Translations under genes and position numbers: made by a program
The notes under the pieces: generated by a model
The model's input: the letters and a program-made list of their open reading frames with translations, nothing else
The model's database searches: none
What the model was told of the DNA's origin: nothing
Origin: an uncultured archaeon
GTDB lineage: Archaea > Asgardarchaeota > Thorarchaeia > Thorarchaeales > Thorarchaeaceae
Length of the DNA stretch: 10,790 nt
Reading direction: 5' to 3'
Assembly: GCA_964590575.1 (NCBI GenBank)
Contig: CAZPWM010000105.1
Span: 1 to 10,790, forward strand
In this document: positions 1-7,145 of the stretch, piece after piece
Numbering within the stretch: the first letter of the stretch is position 1
Layout of the letters: each line of letters begins with the position of its first letter

Positions 1-2
1 AA

Positions 3-65
3 GCAAAACTGCTTCTAGAAGAGCTTGCTGAAGATGTTGAGCAAGTTGTTTTGAGCCCGGAGTGA
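3..65 (+). CDS. 3' end of an unidentified gene entering from the left edge (…AKLLLEELAEDVEQVVLSPE*)
   Basis: Frame 3 is open from the window edge to TGA 63-65 and gives a plausible amphipathic helix. Frames 1 and 2 stop earlier. The stop lies in a strong hairpin and converges on the Lrp gene. Confidence 0.55.
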   Translation, partial: AKLLLEELAEDVEQVVLSPE

Positions 66-86
66 CGGACCTAATCCCGTCACTCC
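59..86. terminator. Perfect 10-bp inverted repeat between convergent genes (candidate terminator or 3' stability hairpin)
   Basis: GGAGTGACGG (59-68) is the exact reverse complement of CCGTCACTCC (77-86), with an 8-nt loop ACCTAATC. Confidence 0.55.
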
Positions 87-117
87 CCCTTCATTGAATT
101 GCTCCGTTTGATGTTTG

Positions 118-1035
118 CTATGAACTGAACCCGGTTTCCATTAGTAGGTCTAGCAATCTCCTCTGACGCGGATTATGGTATTGTATACCTGGAAAAAGAA
201 TCAATGGTTCAATGGTTGTTATTAGTCCTGATTCCCTTGCTTTCTGAACAATAATTTCTACTTCTTGAACATGATTCACTGAGAAATTGAAGAAGAGAGT
301 TGGGTCAACTGCTGAAACATACTCACCAAGATATGAGATTGCATATTTCTGCTGTAGCCACCCTAAAACGTGTTCATGACTGGTTCTACCAACATTCCAC
401 TGCACCTTGGCTAGGACCTCAATACTTCCTTCTTTGATATCCGGTGTATCGATTGTGAAAAGAAAGGCTTCGCTCTCTCTCATTTCGTCAATTGCTTTCT
501 TGATCGTGTCTGATTGCAGACTTGTTTCTTTGGCAATCTCACCAACGGTCATCCTAGGATCTTGAACGAGGCATCTCAAGATTTCCTTGTGAGCGTTCGT
601 AAGTGTTACTTTCCCCCCCCAGTAACGTAGAAACTTGGAGTACATCTCAACCTGTTTGATCCCATCCAAATTTCTTAGAAGGAGTGTCAAGCCTGAGAGC
701 TCTGAAGGAGAAAAGTAAGTCCCAAACATAATGTATCTTCCATCAAGAAGTCGAGAAACCTTTTCAATTGAAGGATTGCTCATGAGGTCTTGGAAAAGTT
801 TCTTCTCTTGAGGTTCAGAGTTAAACTCGAGAATAGAAATTACTGTATTCTCATCTGTAATTAGGGGACTTGGTACAACAATGAATGCTTTGATAATCCC
901 CTTGGTCACCAAACTGTCAATCCGTTTCTTCACTTCATTTGCTGAGATCCCAGTTATTCTTGAGAAATCTTGAAGACTTGTTCTACAATTTATCTTGAGT
1001 CTTTCAAGAATTATACGATCGACGGTCTCCATCAT
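118..1035 (-). CDS. Tandem-duplicated Lrp/AsnC-family transcriptional regulator (two wHTH plus RAM-like units), ~305 aa
   Basis: Two Lrp-type wHTH segments: DRIILERLKINCRTSLQDFSRITGISANEVKKRIDSLVTKGII and HKEILRCLVQDPRMTVGEIAKETSLQSDTIKKAIDEM. Start placed at ATG-ATG 1035/1032 (MMETVDRII matches the Lrp N-terminus) rather than 1080. Confidence 0.85.
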   Translation of the reverse strand: MMETVDRIILERLKINCRTSLQDFSRITGISANEVKKRIDSLVTKGIIKAFIVVPSPLITDENTVISILEFNSEPQEKKLFQDLMSNPSIEKVSRLLDGRYIMFGTYFSPSELSGLTLLLRNLDGIKQVEMYSKFLRYWGGKVTLTNAHKEILRCLVQDPRMTVGEIAKETSLQSDTIKKAIDEMRESEAFLFTIDTPDIKEGSIEVLAKVQWNVGRTSHEHVLGWLQQKYAISYLGEYVSAVDPTLFFNFSVNHVQEVEIIVQKARESGLITTIEPLILFPGIQYHNPRQRRLLDLLMETGFSS

Positions 1036-1087
1036 TCTACTGATTTGGTTGTAGTTCCATGATATGAAGGTAGCGAACATGCGTTGG

Positions 1088-1133
1088 TCTCTAAGAGATT
1101 ATTTAAGTTGGAACATGAACACATTTCAACTTA
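1088..1133. promoter_or_regulatory. SCP2 promoter (TATA-like TTTAAG 1102-1107) overlapped by inverted repeats (candidate operator)
   Basis: TAAGTTGGAA (1104-1113) and TTTCAACTTA (1124-1133) form a 9/10 inverted repeat with a 10-nt spacer. TCTCT-A-AGAGA lies at 1088-1098. The TATA-like box is ~30 nt before GTG 1138. Confidence 0.5.
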
Positions 1134-1137
1134 GGAT

Positions 1138-1485
1138 GTGAACGAGTCGCCTACCAAAGAAGAACTAAAGCAATCATTGGAGCAAATGGTTGGGAAGATT
1201 GAGCTACCCAAGAACAAGAAACGTTTTGCTAACTATAACACGACACTCCAATTAGTTTTCACCGATAATCATGAAGCTGATTGCTATATTGTGTTCAATA
1301 AAGGTACTGCTACTATCACTGATGGCATTGAAGAAGGCGCGGAGCTGAAAATCACAACAACTATAGAACTCATTATGGCTATTCTTGATGGAACCCTAAG
1401 TCCCACCCGCGCTTTCATGACAGGCAAGATAAAGGCAAAGGGTTCTCCAAACGACTTGATGAAACTTCAAGCATTGATGAAGTAA
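1138..1485 (+). CDS. SCP2 sterol/lipid-binding domain protein, 115 aa
   Basis: Typical SCP2 C-terminal signature ILDGTLSPTRAFMTGKIKAKGSPNDLMKLQ and single-domain length. GTG start; ATG 1186 is an alternative. Confidence 0.9.
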   Translation: MNESPTKEELKQSLEQMVGKIELPKNKKRFANYNTTLQLVFTDNHEADCYIVFNKGTATITDGIEEGAELKITTTIELIMAILDGTLSPTRAFMTGKIKAKGSPNDLMKLQALMK

Positions 1486-1488
1486 AGC

Positions 1489-2553
1489 TTACATTTCATA
1501 GAAGTATTTGCCTTTAGAGTAGATGACTTCATCACCAGCGGTGACCTCGCCTTCTATCATTGTCTTGATCATGTCCACATGTACTGCAGACTCGTTGGTT
1601 CCATTGTTATCCTTGTACGCACGACCTAATGCACAATGGATTGTGTCACCAATTTTCTCATCGAAGAGCATGTTTAGTGTGTACTGCTTGATGCCTCGGT
1701 TCGTGCCAATAGCCATCTCTCCAAGTCTTCGAGACCCCTCATCTATCTCAATGATCTCTTTCAGAGTCGCTTCAGCTTTCTCAGCAGAAAAATCTACTAC
1801 CTCACCCTTCTCGAAACTGAGACGGACTCCCTCGATGACCTTGCCCTGTTGCATGAATGGAATATCGAAGTATATCTTACCCTCCACGGTGTCCTCAACA
1901 GGAGCTGTGAAGACCTCCCCGCTAGGCATATTATGTTTCCCATCTGAGGCTACCCATATCCGTCCCTCGGTTGATGCGTAGAGATCCGTTTCTGGACCTG
2001 TGAATCTGATGTCTCTGTGACGCTCAAGATGTTCCTTCATCTTGAACATCATCTTGCTCTCTTCTTTCCAATCTAGAAGCGTAGCATTGTATACAAAATC
2101 TTGATACTCATTCATACTCATGTTTGCCTGCTGAGCAAGAGCCGCAGTTGGATGAACAGTTAGACACCAACTCTTAGAAAGATAGAGTTCCTGGACCTTC
2201 TTCATAGCCACGTTGCGTTGAATCACTTTCTTTGAATCAACATTTGCCAATGCCTTTGTGTTGCTTGGCGATCTCAAAGCAATAACAACATCGACTTTCT
2301 CAAGGAATGCTTCAAAGTGCTCAGGTGCAGTGCTAATAGTTTGGTCATCAGCACCATCGAAGAAGGCTCGGTCCATCTCTTCCGTACTCATCATGGTAAT
2401 AGGACTGGCTCCTTTCTCCGCTATTTTTTTGTAGAGCGCGACAACAAGGTCATGTGCCTCTGGTGTGGCACGGATTCCAACCCTGTCTCCTTTCTTCACT
2501 TCAGTGCTCCATTCGACAAGGATTTTGGCATGTTCCTCAATTCTTGGGTCCAT
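1489..2553 (-). CDS. Aminopeptidase, peptidase family M29 (AmpS/AmpT-like), 354 aa
   Basis: The N-terminus MDPRIEEHAKILVEWS is family-typical. Metal-ligand motifs NMPSGEVF, LGEMAIG, FDEKIGDTIHCALGRAY and SAVHVD are present. GAGGT RBS precedes ATG 2553. Confidence 0.95.
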   Translation of the reverse strand: MDPRIEEHAKILVEWSTEVKKGDRVGIRATPEAHDLVVALYKKIAEKGASPITMMSTEEMDRAFFDGADDQTISTAPEHFEAFLEKVDVVIALRSPSNTKALANVDSKKVIQRNVAMKKVQELYLSKSWCLTVHPTAALAQQANMSMNEYQDFVYNATLLDWKEESKMMFKMKEHLERHRDIRFTGPETDLYASTEGRIWVASDGKHNMPSGEVFTAPVEDTVEGKIYFDIPFMQQGKVIEGVRLSFEKGEVVDFSAEKAEATLKEIIEIDEGSRRLGEMAIGTNRGIKQYTLNMLFDEKIGDTIHCALGRAYKDNNGTNESAVHVDMIKTMIEGEVTAGDEVIYSKGKYFYEM

Positions 2554-2592
2554 CCTTACGTACCTCGAATGTTTCGTCAGAGTTAGCCTATC

Positions 2593-2604
2593 ATATAGTT
2601 TCCG
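2593..2604 (-). promoter_or_regulatory. BRE/TATA-like promoter of the aminopeptidase gene
   Basis: The minus strand reads CGGAAA-CTATAT about 40 nt upstream of ATG 2553. Confidence 0.45.
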
Positions 2605-2621
2605 GACCGAGCCAATATTCA

Positions 2622-4568
2622 CTACACTTGCTTCTTCCGATATACATAGATTCCAGCCAATGCAATCACTCCAATTCCCCCACCAATTACTGCAACTGTA
2701 AGGATGTCTGGGCCTTCAAACGGAACTGAATATTCCCCGATGGCATATCCCTGAATCCAAATACCTGGGGCCATTGCTTCAAATACAAAGTATGCCAATC
2801 CTGTTGATGTGACCTCCATTTGAGGTGGTCTCATTCCTAGATATGGCCAGACAATGTTCCCGATGGACCAAGTCTGCAGGTGGGTTCCCTCTACGCTGTA
2901 CTTCAAGAGGAAATATGACTTATCGTATCTATTTCCTTGTACTAATACCATGACTTCATCTGTAGGAGTCAATGCTATGTCATATGGTGCCAAATCTTCA
3001 TACCAGCCATTAGGATACTCAAGTTGGTAGTATGTGCTCCATGTCTGATGTCCTTCCAAGTCGTGTTGATTGATTACAACACCATCGGACTCACGAACGG
3101 CAGAGTAAATTGTTCCATTGTCATCACATGTTACAGGATGTGCGGATACTCCCCATATCCAAGAACCCTCAAGGTCCAGGCATGCTAACAAACTACCAGA
3201 ATAGACGATTCGGTTTTCAAAAACCCAAAGATTCATTGGCACATCAAAGTATGTGCCCACTAGTGGTTGTGTTATGTTGACTACATTCCCTGAACTATCG
3301 AATTTTATGAGACTGGTATTTTGATAACTCGGTTCACTTCGTATATTATAGTCGCTGACTAACACGTATATCGAACCGTCATTATGAACTGCAAGAGCTA
3401 CACCCACCTGATCATAAACTCCGCCCCATTCCTTCTCCCAGATTTTCTGACCGCTAGTACTCCATTTAGTCAACATTAGATTATAGTAATCTGGCTCTTC
3501 TCTATAGAAGTATCCTGTTGTGTAAATGTAACCATCGTGGTACGTGATTGCCCTGCCTCGTGTAAGGTTATCATTTCTCACAATCCATCGAGGATTCAAA
3601 GTTGGGCTATATTTGATGAGAAATTGATGAGTATTCCATAATCCCTCTTCTTGTCTGAGCTCATACGATGTCCCACAATCACCAGTCACGTATAGGTTAC
3701 CTTGTGGATCTTTCGTCATCTGACGTAAATTATCCGTTACATATGTGATGTCACCCGTATATCCAGGGAATATATCCCTAGTATTTGTTTCAAACGTTTT
3801 GTTATACAATGGAGTAAGGTGAGTTTCAGGGTCTGGTTCAGCTTCCATTATGATATGAAAGTTCATTGAACTAACACTAACAATGACGGAACCATTGGCA
3901 AGAGAGCTTTGGAAATAATCGGTTGGAGCTAATCCTATTCCTATTGTCAGTATGTCCTCAGGGTCCTCCTGAATCCCAAATTCATTCTCAATCATGCCGT
4001 ATATTCCGTTCAGGAGATCGACATAACCTAAATTGATACGTTTGTCAATAAAGGCTGAGTAGTAAGGGAAAGACGATTCGTAGAATTTCACCCAGTCGCC
4101 TGAAGAGTCAATTAGCCATGCATAAAGCTTGAACATGTTTTGATTGGAAGTAGTAGTGAAACTCCCTATCGTTGTAACACTGAAGTTTAGATACATTATA
4201 GCTTTTTCTGGCCTTTCTTCATATGGCCAGTCAAATGACTGAGTGAAGTATATGAAGTCATTATAGCTTGGCATATCATCATCATTACCAACACGGAAGT
4301 CCAATGTTGTCCCTTCTGTGTGAGTCCAATTAAGCTGCATTATATTGTTGGTATAGACATAGCTGAATTCCCCTGATGTTCCACTTACGAATGTATCTGG
4401 TTCTGCTTCCAGGTTAGGATCGGGAATCATCTGCGTGATGTTAATAGCTGCTTGAGTCCTTGATTTGTTCACTACCATTAGTTCTGTGGGTGAAACTGAC
4501 TCAAAAGGTATCATTGTTAGAAAAAAACAGAATAACATTACAATAGAAATACGTCTGAAATTACTCAT
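2622..4568 (-). CDS. Large secreted, C-terminally membrane-anchored surface protein with probable beta-propeller repeats, 648 aa
   Basis: Signal peptide MSNFRRISIVMLFCFFLTMIP. Propeller-like repeats DPQGNLYVTG, HDGYIYTTG, LTKWSTSGQKIWEKEWGG, NDGSIYV, LIKFDSSG, LLKYSVEG. C-terminal TM followed by RKK. Several N-x-S/T sequons. GGGAG RBS. Confidence 0.8.
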   Translation of the reverse strand: MSNFRRISIVMLFCFFLTMIPFESVSPTELMVVNKSRTQAAINITQMIPDPNLEAEPDTFVSGTSGEFSYVYTNNIMQLNWTHTEGTTLDFRVGNDDDMPSYNDFIYFTQSFDWPYEERPEKAIMYLNFSVTTIGSFTTTSNQNMFKLYAWLIDSSGDWVKFYESSFPYYSAFIDKRINLGYVDLLNGIYGMIENEFGIQEDPEDILTIGIGLAPTDYFQSSLANGSVIVSVSSMNFHIIMEAEPDPETHLTPLYNKTFETNTRDIFPGYTGDITYVTDNLRQMTKDPQGNLYVTGDCGTSYELRQEEGLWNTHQFLIKYSPTLNPRWIVRNDNLTRGRAITYHDGYIYTTGYFYREEPDYYNLMLTKWSTSGQKIWEKEWGGVYDQVGVALAVHNDGSIYVLVSDYNIRSEPSYQNTSLIKFDSSGNVVNITQPLVGTYFDVPMNLWVFENRIVYSGSLLACLDLEGSWIWGVSAHPVTCDDNGTIYSAVRESDGVVINQHDLEGHQTWSTYYQLEYPNGWYEDLAPYDIALTPTDEVMVLVQGNRYDKSYFLLKYSVEGTHLQTWSIGNIVWPYLGMRPPQMEVTSTGLAYFVFEAMAPGIWIQGYAIGEYSVPFEGPDILTVAVIGGGIGVIALAGIYVYRKKQV

Positions 4569-4668
4569 TCAACTCTCCCTGGCGCGATGATTCCTTAAAC
4601 CTCTTCTTAAATCCATCGAAAACCTGTGGATATCGCTGGATTGTTATCGTTGATGAAACGGGATCACC

Positions 4669-5073
4669 TTAGACTTCACGCTTCTCAGTTGCATGAGTAG
4701 CTCCACAGTATGGACACTTAACAGTTAGTGGTCCAACCCATTCGATTCCCTCAGAGCTTAGAGTCGCTCCACAGTCAGAACAGAATCTCGGTGGTTCATG
4801 AATGAATGTTTTTTCTTTTGGTGCCTCTGCTGCGCGTGCCCCCATCATTCCAAAGAGTCCAAAACCACCTCTAGAAATATCATCCTTCATCCCATACATT
4901 ATGATTCCTGCACCAACAAGAAAGCTGACCATGGGAACCACCATCACATAGAATAGTATGGTTCCGAAATTGCTGGTATCTATCCAGAAAAATTGCATGA
5001 ATCCCCAAAAGAAGCCACCTACCATGACGATCATGCCTATGACCATAGTTGCAATCCGTTTACCTGAGGACAA
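4669..5073 (-). CDS. Two-TM membrane protein with C-terminal zinc ribbon (CSDC…CPYC), 134 aa
   Basis: Two hydrophobic helices, then two CxxC pairs. TTG start 7 nt after a GAGGT RBS. Confidence 0.8.
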   Translation of the reverse strand: MSSGKRIATMVIGMIVMVGGFFWGFMQFFWIDTSNFGTILFYVMVVPMVSFLVGAGIIMYGMKDDISRGGFGLFGMMGARAAEAPKEKTFIHEPPRFCSDCGATLSSEGIEWVGPLTVKCPYCGATHATEKREV

Positions 5074-5120
5074 TATTGGGACCTCTATCTTTTATGTTTG
5101 AATTCATTTTCAAGTATCCG

Positions 5121-5132
5121 GTTATAGGTTTC
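5121..5132 (-). promoter_or_regulatory. BRE/TATA-like promoter for the zinc-ribbon gene
   Basis: The minus strand reads GAAAC-CTATAAC about 50 nt upstream of TTG 5073. Confidence 0.35.
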
Positions 5133-5214
5133 ACTGTGATGCACTATGTAATTTCCTATTTCTCTATGAACTCTTTGATTATTAGTCACGTTCACCCAGC
5201 ATAGTCGCGATTGC

Positions 5215-5221
5215 TTTAATA
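5215..5221 (+). promoter_or_regulatory. TATA box of the permease gene (probably leaderless transcript)
   Basis: TTTAATA ends 26 nt before ATG 5247, and no RBS is visible. Confidence 0.45.
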
Positions 5222-5246
5222 CTGGAATCGATTTGAACAAAACGAA

Positions 5247-6533
5247 ATGGACGTAGCAGGTGTTGTAATCGTTCTCATTTTGATTATCACACTAGTTGTG
5301 ATACTATCGGAACGAATCAATGAAACTGCTGCAGTCCTTTTTGGAATGTCACTAGCCGGAGCGGTCCTATATTTTGCATATGGTTTTGAATTCAAAGAAT
5401 TTGTAATCCTGATGCAGTGGGACACAATCCTCTTTATTACTGCCATGTTGATTGTTGTAGCCATCGCGGCATCATCAGGAATGTTTCAGTATATTGCGCT
5501 TATTTTGATTCGACGGACAAAGGGGAACCCTCAGGGTATCTTCATTACATTCATGGGATTTGTATTTGCTATCTCTTTGTTTCTTGACCCACTTCCAACC
5601 ATGCTTGTCATGGGTGCATTCACTGTTGAGGTTTGTAGGACGCTTGACCTTGATTTTCGACCAATCTTGATTTCAGAGGTTATAGTTGCTAATTTTGCGT
5701 CATTCTCATCAGTGGTGGGTTCAGTTCCAAATCTAGTAATTGTGGTTTGGTCGGAAATTAATGTTGGGATGATGTTCCTAGTTTTATTCCCCTTATCCCT
5801 CATCCTATTCTTCATCACCATTCCACTACTCCTCCGACACTATGGGGATAAGATGGTAAGTAAGGAAAGTAGTGAATGGAATGTGCTTTACCTAATCAAA
5901 CCAAGTGTGATGATCAAATCGAAACACGACTTCTATCTTTCAATACTCGCTATGTGCATCCTAGTCCTTGGATTCACAATTGGTGCGCTAAGAGTTGAAG
6001 CATCACTTATAGCTATGATGGTTGCTTCTGGAATGTTGGTATTCTCACATGAGCGGGCAAAGGATCTTCTTCATCATTTATCGTGGGACACCATTTTCTT
6101 TCTAGTTGGTCTCTTTGGACTTGTAGCTGCTCTTGAACGAGCTGGTGTCATCAGTGAGTTTGTTAATGGTGTTTCTGGGTTGATAGGTAATAATGTATTT
6201 CTTGGAATAAGTTTCCTGATATGGATCCCTGGTCTTGTTCTCTCAATAATTGACAATATTCCCATTGCTGCTTTGTTAGCGCCTTTGGGTCAAAGCCTAG
6301 GATCTATCAATCCTATTATTCCCCTAGCTCTCGTTGTAGGAACAAACGTTGGTGGTTACATGATCCCCTTTGGTGATGCCCCGAACATGATTGCAGTAAG
6401 TCTTGCTGCTGAAAATGGCAAACCAATCAGTTTTATTGATTTCACTAAAGTGGCTTTTCCTCTTGGTTTCTTGCATCTCGTTGTGAGTACTGCTTATTGC
6501 TTCTTGGCAGCTTTTCTCTTCAGCTTAGTGTGA
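5247..6533 (+). CDS. IT-superfamily anion permease (ArsB/NhaD/P-protein/SLC13-like), 428 aa
   Basis: Highly hydrophobic, with internal two-fold repeat (QWDTILF / SWDTIFF). Family motifs SSGMFQYIA, LERAGVI, SIIDNIP and GTNVGGYMIPFGDAPN. Confidence 0.88.
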   Translation: MDVAGVVIVLILIITLVVILSERINETAAVLFGMSLAGAVLYFAYGFEFKEFVILMQWDTILFITAMLIVVAIAASSGMFQYIALILIRRTKGNPQGIFITFMGFVFAISLFLDPLPTMLVMGAFTVEVCRTLDLDFRPILISEVIVANFASFSSVVGSVPNLVIVVWSEINVGMMFLVLFPLSLILFFITIPLLLRHYGDKMVSKESSEWNVLYLIKPSVMIKSKHDFYLSILAMCILVLGFTIGALRVEASLIAMMVASGMLVFSHERAKDLLHHLSWDTIFFLVGLFGLVAALERAGVISEFVNGVSGLIGNNVFLGISFLIWIPGLVLSIIDNIPIAALLAPLGQSLGSINPIIPLALVVGTNVGGYMIPFGDAPNMIAVSLAAENGKPISFIDFTKVAFPLGFLHLVVSTAYCFLAAFLFSLV

Positions 6534-6557
6534 AAGATTATATCCATTCATATGAAT
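6533..6557 (+). promoter_or_regulatory. Promoter (TTATAT 6538-6543) followed by perfect 12-bp palindrome ATTCATATGAAT (6546-6557)
   Basis: Purine run plus TTATAT directly after the permease stop, with the palindrome 2 nt downstream. GGAGG RBS and GTG 6581 follow. Confidence 0.45.
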
Positions 6558-6580
6558 ATTACAACACGGATTGGAGGAAA

Positions 6581-7114
6581 GTGAGAACTTCATTCGTACT
6601 TATTATTGGTGGGTTTTTTGTCATAGTTCTCTACAATATATTCTACGTTTTAGAATTATTACCCTCCAATGCACCAGTTCCACTGATGATTGCAGAAACT
6701 GTTGTCCTTTTCCTTGCGTGCATATTAGTTGGAGTTGGAATGGTTTCATACTACCCGAAATCTCAAAGGTATATTTCACGTCCAAGAAAAGACACGCTTA
6801 CCGAGAGAAACTCCACTGTATATCGAAGAGTCGTCAAAGATGGTATCGAAGGAAGTGAAAAACTTGTATTTGGTTCTGAAACTTCGACTTTCCGAGATGC
6901 TTGTTTAGCATCATGGCAATTCAAGAGTGTTAAACGGAATTCTAAATGGTTTGTTAAAGATAGCCTTGGTAATGACATAACCTACAACCTACTCTCTACA
7001 TCCGATGGAATTGCCACAATATTCCCTGAGTACGATGCTGCACCTGATTCTGAATCATCCGAGCAAATTTCTGAATATTCTGAAATAAACGATAGTGTTG
7101 AGTATTATGATTAG
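6581..7114 (+). CDS. Hypothetical two-TM membrane protein with a soluble ~70-aa domain (possibly beta-grasp) and acidic tail, 177 aa
   Basis: GTG 6581 follows GGAGG and avoids overlap with the permease, unlike the ORF-track start at 6497. Two N-terminal hydrophobic helices. Confidence 0.75.
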   Translation: MRTSFVLIIGGFFVIVLYNIFYVLELLPSNAPVPLMIAETVVLFLACILVGVGMVSYYPKSQRYISRPRKDTLTERNSTVYRRVVKDGIEGSEKLVFGSETSTFRDACLASWQFKSVKRNSKWFVKDSLGNDITYNLLSTSDGIATIFPEYDAAPDSESSEQISEYSEINDSVEYYD

Positions 7115-7145
7115 ATTCATTTAGTACCGTATCATTGCAGCATCT

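Noticed and set aside
63-74. Selenocysteine read-through at UGA 63-65 because of the adjacent hairpin
   Set aside because: Read-through adds only two residues before TAA 72-74, there is no redox motif context, and the UGA lies inside the stem.
1523-2729. ORF-track + strand ORFs 1523-1981, 2317-2586, 2454-2729 and 2465-2701
   Set aside because: Antisense shadows of the well-supported aminopeptidase and surface-protein genes.
4661-4669. GGATCACCT resembling the 16S rRNA 3' end
   Set aside because: Only a 9-nt match with no rRNA context. As a minus-strand RBS it has no start codon downstream.
7048-7085. Three copies of TTCTGAA
   Set aside because: Explained by Ser-Glu repeats in a low-complexity acidic tail. 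Spacing is irregular, so it is not an array.
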